A stretch of DNA of 64,000 nt from Rhodospirillales bacterium (GCA_038143065.1 JAYQLI010000035.1:2304894-2368893), one strand, 5' to 3'; counted from the first letter of the stretch, positions 11,228 to 24,641 are shown. Numbers and translations: made by a program. The notes: a model not told the origin generated them from the sequence alone.

Positions 11228-12065
11228 ATTTCTCGATATACGGAACGCAAAGCCCACGCAATATATCTGCTTCACTAGGCATGAGCATTTCGTCCAGTGC
11301 GTTAAGCTCACCGAGTGCGGGCATTAGAAAATTCGAAGCATACTCTGCTATTGATTTCCGGACCTGATCGACGATGGCTGAATTTGCGCCAGCTAACTCT
11401 GCAAATTTTGATGACGTTAGACCGAGTGGTGCAAAGACCTCATCTGGTAGGGTTAGCAGATGGGCTCCTTTTTTCGCATCCTTCTCCAGATCTCGCATGA
11501 TGTGAACAAGATAGAGCAATATGGCTGAATTTCGAATGAGCTCGACAGAAGGTCTTGGAAGTGTGCTCTCTAGCCGGCCATCCTGTTTTCTTAATGCAAG
11601 GATTTCAATGAACACGGCCGCTGGAGCTGCAGTCGCTCCCTCAGCATAGGCAAGAAAATCTGTCCAAGTATGCATAGGTGTTTCAACGACATCACGAACC
11701 ATAGCTGCAGATAAATTTTCCCAGGGCTTAGGATTTATAACAGCGAAATTGGAAGTGGCGGCTAGTGCTGCATGAGTCGTGTGAAAAAGATCAGTAGTTG
11801 GTGGAAGAGTTCCATAAACAAGGGCAGTAATAGCAGCGTCACGCCAGTGTGTCACAGTCTTAATTGCATTCTCTCTAGCTGCCTCACGATTAGGAAGAGC
11901 AAGAAATTCGTCATCAACGAAATCATCAACCACCCGCATTGAAGCATAAGTTGCGCAGAAAATGTTATAACGGGGCGCGTCTAGAGCTAAGGCAGCCCTC
12001 TCCATTGGGGAGTGCGATGATTTTGCAATTTGAATTGCAGGGTTAAATGCTTTGATCTCGTTCAT
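11202..12065 (-). CDS. Squalene/phytoene synthase (head-to-head isoprenyl diphosphate) family protein
   Basis: YASMRVVDDFVDD first Asp-rich motif, TWTDFLAYAEGA, HIMRDLEKDA second motif. Confidence 0.75.
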   Translation of the reverse strand: MNEIKAFNPAIQIAKSSHSPMERAALALDAPRYNIFCATYASMRVVDDFVDDEFLALPNREAARENAIKTVTHWRDAAITALVYGTLPPTTDLFHTTHAALAATSNFAVINPKPWENLSAAMVRDVVETPMHTWTDFLAYAEGATAAPAAVFIEILALRKQDGRLESTLPRPSVELIRNSAILLYLVHIMRDLEKDAKKGAHLLTLPDEVFAPLGLTSSKFAELAGANSAIVDQVRKSIAEYASNFLMPALGELNALDEMLMPSEADILRGLCVPYIEKYERFATNL

Positions 12066-12163
12066 TGTCTGCTCTCGACAGAGCTCGCAAGGGTGCCTAG
12101 ATAATAGTATAAGCGTTGCGATGACGCCAAAAATAGATGTTTAACAATTAACAGGGGGACGCC

Positions 12164-12754
12164 ATGGCTTTTGAATTGCCTGCCCTGCCCTACGCTCACG
12201 ATGCGCTTGGGCCCTATATGTCTCAGGAAACTCTTGAGTTTCATCACGACAAGCACCACCAAACTTATGTCACTAACTTGAACAACCTTATCAAAGATAC
12301 TCCCCTTTCGGGAAAATCTTTAGAAGAACTAGTTACGTCCACATACAACGTGGCCGATAAAGCTGGCGTATTCAACAACGCTTCTCAGCATTGGAACCAC
12401 ATTCAGTTTTGGGAAATGATGAAACCCAATGGTGGCGGATCTATGCCTGGAGAACTTGAAAAGCGCGTCGTAGCCGATTTTGGTTCTGTCGATGCTTTCA
12501 AGGAAGCTTTCATTGCTAAGGCTGCAGGCCAGTTTGGATCAGGTTGGGCTTGGCTTGTTATAAACAATGGAAAGCTTGAAGTGACATCAACGCCGAACGG
12601 TGTAAATCCACTTTGTTTTGGTCAGACAGCCTTGCTTGGCTGCGATGTATGGGAACATTCCTACTACATCGATTATCGGAACCGCCGCCCCGATTATGTG
12701 ACGGCGTTTCTCGATAATATGGTCAACTGGGAAAACGTTGCTGGCCGCATGTAA
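12164..12754 (+). CDS. sodB: Superoxide dismutase [Fe]
   Basis: FELPALPY, HHDKHH, FNNASQHWNH, QFGSGWAWL, DVWEHSYY. Confidence 0.95.
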   Translation: MAFELPALPYAHDALGPYMSQETLEFHHDKHHQTYVTNLNNLIKDTPLSGKSLEELVTSTYNVADKAGVFNNASQHWNHIQFWEMMKPNGGGSMPGELEKRVVADFGSVDAFKEAFIAKAAGQFGSGWAWLVINNGKLEVTSTPNGVNPLCFGQTALLGCDVWEHSYYIDYRNRRPDYVTAFLDNMVNWENVAGRM

Positions 12755-12781
12755 GCAGCTGGTAAAATTTCCAATTGCCAT

Positions 12782-12822
12782 AACCGCTCCAGGTTTTTTG
12801 ACCTGGGGCGGTTTTTGTTTTT
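12782..12822 (+). terminator. Rho-independent terminator after sodB
   Basis: AACCGCTCCAGGT-ttttg-ACCTGGGGCGGTT stem followed by a T-rich tract. Confidence 0.85.
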
Positions 12823-12875
12823 GCGGTTTGTTGCACTTCGTGGCCTAATTAAAGTTCGCAGGAGGTGCACGAAAA

Positions 12876-13736
12876 ATGAATATGCGGACTCTTACAGCTG
12901 ATCAGCAGGCTCGCTGGGCCATTGATGGCTATTTGCACTTGGAGGGAGTTTTTGATCATCAAGAGGTGGCGCACCTCTCAAAGGCAATTGATTATGTCCG
13001 GACACAACCTGGTTGGGAGCCAATGTCTGGGATGTTGCCACGCGGGCATTACGGTTGGGTTGAAAAATGTGTAGATCAGGATCCATCTGGTTTTATGGAT
13101 CGCCGGAATATCCTCCCCTATGACCAAGCCTTTGTTGACCTTATGGATCGTCCTGAAGTTTTTGACCTGATTGTTGATATTATGGGTCCTAACATCCTTT
13201 TCAGTATGTCTCAGGCTATTGTACGTCCATCGACTCAGGAATTTCCTGGATACACACATACAGATGGTGGGGAGGCGTTGCGTGAAATTCGTGTAACTGA
13301 GACGAGCAGGCCTTTGGCCATGAAGGCACTTTATTTGCTGTCTGATGTTACAGAAGAAGATGCGGGTGCTTTTACAGTTTATCCAGGCAGTCATTTTAGG
13401 CCATTTCCAAAAGACCGTAATCCGCCTCTTGATCCTAGGAGTCCGGGATGTGTGCAGTTGATGGGCAAAGCTGGCGATTGTTTTTTATTTCCGCATGCAA
13501 TTTGGCATGGCCCAGCGCCAAATTACTCTGGGAAAGCTCGCAAAACACTACTGTATAATTATTGTCAGCTCTTCATGCGTGCATATGATTTTGGGGCTTT
13601 GCCAACCAATCTGCTTGAGAAGATGTCGCCGAGGCAACGGAGATTGATGGGCGACCTAGGTCATAATTGGCGACCAGGCGACTATTTTTATGTGCCCGAG
13701 GATCAGGAAGAAATAATAACAGGCCACGCGGCCTGA
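12876..13736 (+). CDS. Phytanoyl-CoA dioxygenase (PhyH) family protein
   Basis: DGYLHLEGVF, HTD metal ligands, VYPGSH, AGDCFLFPHAIWHG. AGGAGG SD upstream. Confidence 0.85.
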   Translation: MNMRTLTADQQARWAIDGYLHLEGVFDHQEVAHLSKAIDYVRTQPGWEPMSGMLPRGHYGWVEKCVDQDPSGFMDRRNILPYDQAFVDLMDRPEVFDLIVDIMGPNILFSMSQAIVRPSTQEFPGYTHTDGGEALREIRVTETSRPLAMKALYLLSDVTEEDAGAFTVYPGSHFRPFPKDRNPPLDPRSPGCVQLMGKAGDCFLFPHAIWHGPAPNYSGKARKTLLYNYCQLFMRAYDFGALPTNLLEKMSPRQRRLMGDLGHNWRPGDYFYVPEDQEEIITGHAA

Positions 13737-13818
13737 ACGCGCAGGTTGGATCGCCCCACTAGTCTCGCGTAGAGCGCCCTGTTAAAACTAGTTCACGAAG
13801 GATATTTGGGATTTTCTC

Positions 13819-14418
13819 ATGCGTCAGGCGACTGTTGAGCGGAAAACGCGTGAAACCGCAATAAAAGTGACCGTTGGCTTAGACGGTGCGGGTTTGTCTT
13901 CTATTGAAAGCGGTGTTGGCTTTTTTAACCACATGCTGGATCAGTTGGCCCGTCATGGATTGATTGATATTGATCTAAAAGCCGATGGGGATCTTCATAT
14001 TGATGATCATCACACGGTAGAAGATTGCGGCATTGTGTTGGGGAAGGCCGTTGCCAAAGCTTTAGGCGAGCGCAAAGGAATTCGCCGCTATGGCGAGGCT
14101 TACGTACCAATGGACGAGACGCTTGTTCGTTGCATAATCGATCTCTCCAATAGACCATTCTTAGTATGGCGGGTGGAAATGCCTTCCAACAAAATTGGGA
14201 CGTTTGATAGCCAGCTTGTTCGGGAATTTTTTCAGGCATTTGCCGTCGCAGTAGGTGCTACTTTGCATGTAGAGGCTCTTTATGGCGAAAACGCACACCA
14301 CGTAGCTGAAGCTTGCTTTAAAGCTTTGGCAAGGGCTTTGCGTGCATCTATTGAGATTGATCCTCGTCGCGGGGATGAGACACCATCGACCAAGGGCGTA
14401 TTAGGTGGATCTCTGTAG
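13819..14418 (+). CDS. hisB: Imidazoleglycerol-phosphate dehydratase
   Basis: [36 protein letters not shown]. Confidence 0.97.
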   Translation: MRQATVERKTRETAIKVTVGLDGAGLSSIESGVGFFNHMLDQLARHGLIDIDLKADGDLHIDDHHTVEDCGIVLGKAVAKALGERKGIRRYGEAYVPMDETLVRCIIDLSNRPFLVWRVEMPSNKIGTFDSQLVREFFQAFAVAVGATLHVEALYGENAHHVAEACFKALARALRASIEIDPRRGDETPSTKGVLGGSL

Positions 14419-14568
14419 AAATGCCGCGGAAATGGGCAAATAAAACCATAAAACCCTGCAACATCTATGACCAAAAAAAGTGTCTTTGCCTTGAAATCAT
14501 GGCTCTGGGAGAGCTGCAATTAACCCCCATTTTTGCAAATTCATACTGGTGATTTGGGAGCGGCATTT

Positions 14569-15213
14569 GTGAAAGTTGCGCTAGTAGACTATGGCTCAGG
14601 CAATCTGCGTTCGGCAGCCAAGGCGTTCGAGCGTTCCGTGCGGGAAGCTGAATTAAAAGCAGACATAGTTGTAACAAACGACGCTAAGATAATTGCCTCA
14701 GCAGATAAGGTAGTGCTTCCCGGGGTTGGCGCCTTTCGGGATTGCAGAGATGGAATTGCCTCATTGCCTGGCGTGCAGGATGCGGTTGAGCAAGCGGCCA
14801 CTGTTAGGCAAGTTCCATTTCTTGGTATTTGCGTTGGCATGCAATTAATGGCCACGCTTGGAAAGGAGTTTGGGGATACTGCCGGATTTGGTTTTGTTCC
14901 CGGGGTAGTCCAGCCAATTCAGCTGGATGATCCAAGCTTAAAAATTCCTCATATGGGATGGAACTCTTTGTCTTTTATCTCAGCAAAACATGCGATCTTC
15001 GAAGGTATAGGTCCAGGCGAATATTTTTATTTTGTCCATTCTTATGCATTCAGAGCAGAAATGCAGGAACATGTTATTGCTGAGGTGGACTATGGGGGGC
15101 GAGTGACAGCAGCTATCGGGACAGCAAATGTGGTCGGTTTGCAATTTCACCCTGAGAAAAGCCAAGTAGCAGGTTTAAAAATCATCCAAAATTTCCTTAG
15201 ATGGGAGCCTTGA
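14569..15213 (+). CDS. hisH: Imidazole glycerol phosphate synthase, glutaminase subunit
   Basis: DYGSGNLRS, LPGVGAF, GICVGMQ, PHMGWN, QFHPEKS. GTG start with GGGAG SD. Confidence 0.96.
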   Translation: MKVALVDYGSGNLRSAAKAFERSVREAELKADIVVTNDAKIIASADKVVLPGVGAFRDCRDGIASLPGVQDAVEQAATVRQVPFLGICVGMQLMATLGKEFGDTAGFGFVPGVVQPIQLDDPSLKIPHMGWNSLSFISAKHAIFEGIGPGEYFYFVHSYAFRAEMQEHVIAEVDYGGRVTAAIGTANVVGLQFHPEKSQVAGLKIIQNFLRWEP

Positions 15214-15216
15214 TCT

Positions 15217-15768
15217 ATGACTACTGGTACAAACGTCCAGATGGTCGAAAAATTTGGAGAGTCCGATGTTGAGGAGCTCTGCGAGTCAGCCAACCTAGCC
15301 ATTCTGGACGGAGGAGGGTTCGGTTGGCTTGAGCCTCCTCCTAGGCAGACGTTGGAAGCGTATTGGCGGGGGTCATGTTGGTCCCGGAACGCGAGCTATT
15401 TGTGGCACGTTTGAATGGTATTATCTGTGGTTCAGCTCAACTCGTTTCACCACCGAGAAACAATGAGGCCCAGAAGCATTCCGTCTCTCTAATGCACTCT
15501 TTCATTGCGCCCCTGGGCGCGAGGCCATGGCTTGGCAAGGCAATTGACGCGGGAAGTTGAGCTTAGAGCTCGGAAAAGAAAATTTCGTATTCTGAACCTA
15601 GATGTTCGTGAAACTCAGACAAGAGCAATCAAGCTTTATCAAGAGCTTGGTTTTGACCGTTGGGCAACACACCCACATTATGCTTTTGTGCAGGGTAAGT
15701 GGACTAAAGGTCTATTTTTCTTCAAAAATTTACTTGATACAGATCCTCCACCTGCTGAGCCTGAATAA
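15217..15768 (+). CDS. GNAT family N-acetyltransferase inside the his operon, 2 frameshifts
   Basis: DGGGFGW, LFVARLNG, PWARGHGLAR acetyl-CoA motif, LNLDVRETQTRAIKLYQELGF. Confidence 0.8.
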
Positions 15769-15770
15769 TC

Positions 15771-16493
15771 ATGATCCTTTACCCGGCTATCGATCTCAAA
15801 AATGGTCAATGCGTTCGTCTTTTAAGAGGCGATATGGAGAAGGCCACCGTATTTAACGATGACCCAGCTGCGCAAGCTCGTATTTTTCAACAGGCTGGTT
15901 TCCAATGGCTGCATTTAGTTGATCTAGATGGAGCCATTGAAGGTAACGCTGTAAACAGCACCGCAGTCCGGAATATCCTATCAGAAGTCACTCTGCCCGC
16001 TCAGTTGGGAGGGGGTATCCGCGACATGGAGGCGATTGATCGTTGGCTAGAAGCAGGTATTGCTCGTGTAATTCTAGGTACAATCGCCCTTGAAGACCCG
16101 GCTTTGGTTAAAGCAGCGTGTAAGGCATACCCAGGAAAGATCGCCATTGGTATCGATGCACGTAATGGAATGGTTGCAGTAAAAGGATGGGTGGAAACCA
16201 GTACCATTTCTGCAATGGAGTTAGCTCTTAGGTTTGAAGATGCTGGAGCTGCAGCCATCGTTTTCACAGATATCGATAGAGATGGAGCGATGGGTGGGGT
16301 CAATTTAGATGCAACTGTGGATCTTGCTTTCGCACTTTCTACGCCAGTTATTGCTTCTGGGGGCGTTTCAAGCCTTCATGATCTAAAGGCACTTAAGGCT
16401 GAGGAGCAGTCAGGCATAAATGGGGTAATTGTTGGGCGTGCTCTTTACGATGGTGGAATACAAGCTAAGCCTGCTCTTGAGGTTTTGAAATAA
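15771..16493 (+). CDS. hisA: ProFAR isomerase
   Basis: YPAIDLKNGQCVRL, HLVDLDGA, QLGGGIR, TDIDRDG, IASGGV. Confidence 0.97.
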   Translation: MILYPAIDLKNGQCVRLLRGDMEKATVFNDDPAAQARIFQQAGFQWLHLVDLDGAIEGNAVNSTAVRNILSEVTLPAQLGGGIRDMEAIDRWLEAGIARVILGTIALEDPALVKAACKAYPGKIAIGIDARNGMVAVKGWVETSTISAMELALRFEDAGAAAIVFTDIDRDGAMGGVNLDATVDLAFALSTPVIASGGVSSLHDLKALKAEEQSGINGVIVGRALYDGGIQAKPALEVLK

Positions 16494-16496
16494 ATT

Positions 16497-17267
16497 ATGC
16501 TCACTGTTCGGATCATCCCCTGCCTTGATGTTCATAACGGCCGTGTTGTTAAAGGCGTTAATTTTGTAAATCTTGTGGATGCGGGAGACCCTGTCGAGCA
16601 GGCGAAGGTTTATGACGCAGCGGGAGCTGATGAGCTTTGCTTTCTAGACATCACGGCAAGTCATGAAGGTCGCGATACCTTATATGATGTAGTGAGCGCC
16701 ACAGCCGAACAATGCTTTATGCCATTAACTGTCGGTGGCGGTGTAAGGCAGATTGAGGACGTTAGAAAACTTTTGCTGGCCGGTGCAGATAAAGTTTCCA
16801 TCAATTCTGCGGCAGTTAATCGGCCAGAACTAGTGTCAGAGGCGAGCGAAAAATTTGGTACGCAATGCATTGTTGTGGCTATAGATGCAAAACAAGTGAG
16901 CCCTGGACATTGGTCTGTTTTTACCCACGGAGGGCGTCGTGACACTGGTATAGACGCTGTCCAATGGGCAAAACGTGTTGTTTCTTTGGGGGCTGGTGAA
17001 ATCTTGCTTACCTCAATGGATAGAGATGGTGCGCGAACTGGTTTTGATTTGGAGTTGACCCGATCAATTTCTGATGCTGTCTCTGTCCCAGTCATTGCGT
17101 CAGGAGGCGTAGGCAAGGTGGAGCACTTAGTTGAAGGTATTACTGATGGGCACGCCTCAGCGGTACTGGCAGCATCGATTTTCCACTTTGGTGAAGTTGA
17201 AATTGTGGAAGCGAAGTTGCACATGCAACAGGCTGGATTGCCGGTTCGTCTAGTTCCTACTCGTTGA
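16497..17267 (+). CDS. hisF: Imidazole glycerol phosphate synthase, cyclase subunit
   Basis: [45 protein letters not shown]. Confidence 0.97.
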   Translation: MLTVRIIPCLDVHNGRVVKGVNFVNLVDAGDPVEQAKVYDAAGADELCFLDITASHEGRDTLYDVVSATAEQCFMPLTVGGGVRQIEDVRKLLLAGADKVSINSAAVNRPELVSEASEKFGTQCIVVAIDAKQVSPGHWSVFTHGGRRDTGIDAVQWAKRVVSLGAGEILLTSMDRDGARTGFDLELTRSISDAVSVPVIASGGVGKVEHLVEGITDGHASAVLAASIFHFGEVEIVEAKLHMQQAGLPVRLVPTR

Positions 17268-17434
17268 GGCTGGTTGCTAATTTTAACCACGCCCTGGGCT
17301 GGTGCCTATGTTCAAAACAGGTTAATATTTCGATACATTTTGGACGATAAATGCAGACTAGTTTTGCAGCACCGTGCTTTCAATTTCACCGCATTTAAGG
17401 TGCGGGTGATATTCCTGATTAAGGGTTTGAGATT

Positions 17435-18559
17435 ATGCGGCTTATGATTGACAGAAATGTGCTCTTGCGCACGCTTTCCCATGCCCAAAGCGTTGTTGAA
17501 CGCCGAAATACAATCCCCATCCTCGCAAACGTTAAGTTAGATGTGGCTGACGGTAAATTATCTCTTTCGGCTACTGATATGGAGATTGGCTTATTAGAAG
17601 CAGCTGACGCTGATCCAGCATCACAGTCTGGCTCAGCAACTGCTCCTGCGCATACACTTCACGACATCGTTCGTAAATTGCCAGACGGCGCCCAAGTTGA
17701 GCTAGCTTTGGATGCTGAGGCCGAACGAATGATTGTCCGAGCAGGTCGTTCTACCTTCCAACTAGCAGTGCTGCCTACGGCTGACTTTCCATCCCTTGCT
17801 GATAGTGAAATGCCGATCGGCTTCAAGATGGCTGCTAGAGATCTAAGAACACTTATTGATCGTACCCGTTTTGCTATTTCCACCGAAGAGACTCGTTACT
17901 ATCTCAACGGAATTTATTTCCATACGGCAGACCAAGAAGGTGTAAAAGTTCTTCGAGCGGTAGCAACTGATGGACATCGATTAGCTCGGGCGGAGGCGCC
18001 GCTTCCTGATGGAGCAGCAGGCATGCCCGGAGTTATTGTCCCTCGAAAGACTGTTGGTGAGCTGCGCAAACTTCTTGAAGAAGCGGGGGATGCATATGTG
18101 GAAGTCTCTGTTTCGGAGACAAAGATCCGCTTTGCAATGAACGGTGTAGTTCTAACCTCTAAGCTAATAGACGGGGCTTTCCCTGATTATGAGCGAGTTA
18201 TTCCTGCCGGTAATGATAAAAGTGTTCAGATTGACCGTCAGGCTTTTAAGGATGCCGTTGACCGCGTCTCAACAATAGCGACTGAGAAATCACGTGCGGT
18301 AAAGCTTGCTTTGCAACAGGGTGCTATCGTTGTTTCCGCTAACAACGCTGAAGCTGGCGCTGCCAGTGAAGAAATTGAGGCGGATTATGATGCTGAGTCA
18401 ATGGAGATAGGCTTCAACTCGCGCTATCTGCTTGACATTGCAAATCAGATTGAAGGCGATATTGCTGAATTAGTTTTTGCAGATCCAGCGGCACCTACGA
18501 TATTGCGCGATAAAGCTGATGCTTCGGCGCTTTACGTTCTCATGCCAATGCGCGTCTAG
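17435..18559 (+). CDS. dnaN: DNA polymerase III beta sliding clamp
   Basis: VERRNTIPILANV, STEETRYYLNG, VATDGHRLA, SKLIDGAFPDY, YVLMPMRV. Confidence 0.98.
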   Translation: MRLMIDRNVLLRTLSHAQSVVERRNTIPILANVKLDVADGKLSLSATDMEIGLLEAADADPASQSGSATAPAHTLHDIVRKLPDGAQVELALDAEAERMIVRAGRSTFQLAVLPTADFPSLADSEMPIGFKMAARDLRTLIDRTRFAISTEETRYYLNGIYFHTADQEGVKVLRAVATDGHRLARAEAPLPDGAAGMPGVIVPRKTVGELRKLLEEAGDAYVEVSVSETKIRFAMNGVVLTSKLIDGAFPDYERVIPAGNDKSVQIDRQAFKDAVDRVSTIATEKSRAVKLALQQGAIVVSANNAEAGAASEEIEADYDAESMEIGFNSRYLLDIANQIEGDIAELVFADPAAPTILRDKADASALYVLMPMRV

Positions 18560-18590
18560 TTTTAGGGTTCCTTTGTTCGCGCATCCGCTC

Positions 18591-19741
18591 ATGCATACGG
18601 CCCCGGCCAATGACGTAAGCTTTCCTCAAGGCTGCGCTATAGAAAGACTGACCCTTACAGATTTTCGAAGTCATGCCAGCTTTCGATTAGAAACCAACGC
18701 ACCAGAGGTTGTTTTGGTCGGTCCCAATGGTGCTGGAAAGACCAATGTCTTAGAGGCAATTTCTCTTCTTACCCCCGGTCGAGGAATGCGTGGAGCACGT
18801 TCAAGCGAAATTTCACGCTCAGGAAGTGTGGGAGGCTGGGCAGCAGCTGCTTTAGTGAAGGGGCCGTTAGGAGATTCGCATATCGGAGTGGGTGTTGACG
18901 CAAATCAGACTAACAACGCCCGTAAAGTCCATGTAGATGGTCATTTGCACAGGGGCCAAGTATCTCTCGCTGAGAGATTTTCTGCTCTTTGGTTGACCCC
19001 TCAAATGGATGCCCTTTTTGTAGGGCCTTCGGAAGAGCGAAGACGCTATTTGGATAGGATTGCCGCTAACTCCGACCCTGCGCATATAGGTCGCGTCGCA
19101 AATTATCGGAATGCTATGCGTCAACGACTGTCACTTCTGAAAACGGGCAGCGCTGACGTTGTCTGGATAGATGCCTTAGAGGCTGAAATGGCCAGTCGAG
19201 CTGTAGCTGTGGCAGCGGCTCGTATTGAAACAGCAGCCCGTCTAGATGCTGCGGCAGCGAGGGTGTTACAGAGTTTCCGCGCGCTCGAATCACTGTCAAA
19301 GGAATAACAGAGGATTGGCTCAATCAAATTCCGGCTTTGGAGGCAGAAGATCGACTCCGCGTGTTATTAAAGGAGGAGCGGCGTCGAGATTCGGAGACAG
19401 GAGTTACCTCCTCTGGGCCTCATCGAAGCGATATGGTTGTAATGGATCGAGCTCGTGAACTATCTGCGGCCAGTGGTTCTACAGGTGAACAGAAAGCCCT
19501 TCTTGTTTCGCTGACCTTTGCATCCGCACGCATGATAAAAGACGCTACTGGTTGTTCCCCAGCATTACTTTTGGATGAGGTTGCAGCACATTTTGATCCC
19601 AATAGAAGGCGCGTTCTTTTTGATGAAGCATTAGAGCTTGGGGGACAGGTTTGGATTACGGGCGCTGATAAATCACAACTTCGAGAACTTGCAGACCGAG
19701 CTGATTGGCATTGTATAAGTCAGGGCTCTGACAAAAATTAA
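18591..19741 (+). CDS. recF: DNA replication/repair protein RecF, frameshift near 19260
   Basis: LTDFRS, GPNGAGKTNVLEAIS, ERRRYLDR, GPHRSD, STGEQKALL, LLLDEVAAHFD. Confidence 0.93.
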
Positions 19742-19763
19742 TATGTTGATGTTAGGAATCTAA

Positions 19764-22194
<2,431 letters not shown>

Positions 22195-22249
22195 GGTTTT
22201 ACTCACTGATCGCTTGTTTTTTGATTTTTAGGCTTTGGATTAAGCCATT

Positions 22250-23419
22250 TTAAGGAAGAGCTCTTAACAGACGATCAATTTCATTTTCGTTGTTATAGTA
22301 GTGCACGGACGCACGAAGGATTGAAGGTAAGCGACGCCGTGTTGCATCAATCAAGGTGCTTGATGGAATAGATACACTGACATTTATTCCCATAGCTCTT
22401 AGATTTTTCTGGAGTTCAAAGGGTTCTTCCCCGTCTACTATAAAAGTAACGATACCGCATTGCTGACTACCGATATCCGTTAGTTTAATATTTGAGCGCT
22501 CTGAAAGTCGTTGGCGCAATCTAAGAGCGAGCTTTTGTATACGCTCCCATATATTTTCTATGCCAATTTCTAGCGCATAATCGACAGCAGCACCTAATCC
22601 CAGCCTTGCTGCATAATTATTTTCCCAATTTTCGAAGCGCCTCGCATCTGGTCGTAGCGTATATTCGTTTAGAGAAGTCCACTCCGCAGCAAAATGGTCG
22701 ATAATAACCGGCTCAAGACTTTGAATAATATCTTTCCTTACGTATAAAAAGCCAATGCCGCGTGGTCCTCTCAAATATTTCCGTCCGGTTGCAGAGAGCA
22801 AATCGCAGCCGATTTCTTCGACATCAATTGGCATCTGCCCTATGGATTGGCAGGCATCCAGCAGGTAAAGGGCTCCGTGCGCTCTTGCGATCTGGCCAAC
22901 TGCTGCGGCTGGATTCACCAATCCCCCATTGGTTGGTACGTGACTGATTGCTATAAGTTTTACAGAATTGTCCATCATTGATGCTAGGGCGGCGATATCT
23001 AGCTCGCCTGATGCCTGGGAAGGGACTACTTCGACCACCACTCCCTTATTTTTTGCAGCTTGCAGAAAAGCAACGTAGTTGGCGCCATATTCGGCTTCTG
23101 ATGTAATGATGCGGTCACCAGGCTGAAATGGGATAGAATAAAAAGCCATATCCCAAGCGACAGTAGCATTTTCAACAATAGCAATTTCTTTGCTTGATCT
23201 AGCACCAATCAATTTGACGATAGAATCATAAACAGCTTCGATCCGATCGATTTCACGATCGGCTGCCTCATACCCACCTATTGCTGCTTCAAGTTCTAGG
23301 TGTTTGATCTGGGCATCAATGACTGCTCTAGGAGGTAAAGCCGACCCAGCATTATTAAAATGACAGACAAATTCTGTGCCTGGCGTATCTTTCCGGATTT
23401 TGGTTAGGTTGATATTCAC
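22250..23419 (-). CDS. PLP-dependent class V aminotransferase / C-S lyase, EgtE-like
   Basis: HFNNAGS, HLELEAAIGGYEAA, LDACQSIGQ, ATGRKYLRGPRG (PLP lysine), RASVHYYN. No SufS/IscS catalytic Cys loop evident. Confidence 0.8.
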   Translation of the reverse strand: MNINLTKIRKDTPGTEFVCHFNNAGSALPPRAVIDAQIKHLELEAAIGGYEAADREIDRIEAVYDSIVKLIGARSSKEIAIVENATVAWDMAFYSIPFQPGDRIITSEAEYGANYVAFLQAAKNKGVVVEVVPSQASGELDIAALASMMDNSVKLIAISHVPTNGGLVNPAAAVGQIARAHGALYLLDACQSIGQMPIDVEEIGCDLLSATGRKYLRGPRGIGFLYVRKDIIQSLEPVIIDHFAAEWTSLNEYTLRPDARRFENWENNYAARLGLGAAVDYALEIGIENIWERIQKLALRLRQRLSERSNIKLTDIGSQQCGIVTFIVDGEEPFELQKNLRAMGINVSVSIPSSTLIDATRRRLPSILRASVHYYNNENEIDRLLRALP

Positions 23420-24543
23420 TTCAGACCCAAAATAATCTCATCCGTGTGCTGCCCTACATCAGGACTCAGGCCACGTGGGTCATTATCTTCTAATCTGGCA
23501 ATGCCAGGTGGTTGTGGGACGGGAATGAGGCCCAAACCTGGCTGGTCAGGCCACGAGAATGTGCCAGCCGTTTTTACGTGTTCATTTGCCAACACATCGC
23601 CATATTCGTGAACGGGTGCGCACATGAGCCCAAGCTCAGCAAAAAAATTAATCCAATGCTCTGCTGATTTGGTTTTGAGGGTTGGGGCAAGGAGGGCGTT
23701 GATCTCTGTTGCTCGCCAAATTCTGTCATTATGGGTGGAAAATTCTGGACGTGATTTGAGTTCGGATAAGCCAAGTGCATCACATACTTTTTTCAAAATG
23801 GTCAGGCCGGTTCGCAGACAGATTAATGAAGCCTGTTGTTGTCTCAAAAGTTCCCACAGGCACCCCATTGGCTGGAGGTTGGCCACCTTGTGCGTGGTGG
23901 CGAACAAATTGCCCAGCCTGCACAGCCATTGCACTTTCCATCAGTGAAATATCAAGCTTACGTCCACCCATACCTTTGTCACGGGCAATAAGCGCTGTTG
24001 CCACCGCCTGGTAAGCGTATAAGCCAGTAATATAATCGATGATCGCCATGCCTACCCGCATTGGTGATCCATCTTTATCCCGAGTTATTGACTGAAGACC
24101 CGTAAAAGCCTGCAAAATTGCGTCTGTGGCGGGGCGTTTGGAGAGTGGGCCCACAGGTCCAAAACCTGATATGGAGAGATAAATTACATTTGGATTAACG
24201 CTTTTAACGCTTTCGTAGTCGAGGCCTAGACGTTCAATGACGCCTGGCCGAAAGCTTTGTGTTACAATATCAGCTTCAGAGGCTAATTTCAGAGCTGCCG
24301 CTTTTCCTTCTTGTGATTTGAGGTCTAGGACAACAGATCGCTTGCCTCGGTTAGTTGATAATGACTGTGCTGACTGATCGCCATGAATGCGACCCCCATG
24401 TTTCGCACCCAATCCCCACTATCGGGTTCTATTTTAACGACGTATGCACCGTATTGAGCCAATAGCATTGCAGCGTATGGGCCAGCTATCCCCTGAGCAA
24501 TATCACAGACCTTGATGCCGTTTAGGGGAAGATAGTTAGACAT
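23416..24543 (-). CDS. CaiB/BaiF family class III CoA-transferase, 2 frameshifts
   Basis: PLNGIKVCDIAQGIAGPYA, NRGKRSVVLDLK, FRPGVIERLGLDY, SISGFG, IIDYITG, GQHTDEI. Confidence 0.88.
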
Positions 24544-24641
24544 CGTTACCTCTTATTTTTCACTTGATAGAATTTATAGAGAGTTAAAAAACGCACGCGG
24601 GATCAGAAAGCTAATCCCTTTTCAATGCAAAGGTTTTAATT

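Noticed and set aside
15211-15219. hisH TGA is in frame with the downstream GNAT ATG (similar cases: livH after livF at 4682-4688 and soxG after soxA at 37971-37977), suggesting readthrough or Sec
   Set aside because: Each upstream protein ends at its normal C-terminus, there is no Cys-type motif or SECIS-like hairpin, and the next gene has its own ATG.
16661-17290. 209-aa antisense ORF over hisF, and many similar shadow ORFs in the track
   Set aside because: These are mirror-frame artefacts of conserved genes with no independent motifs.
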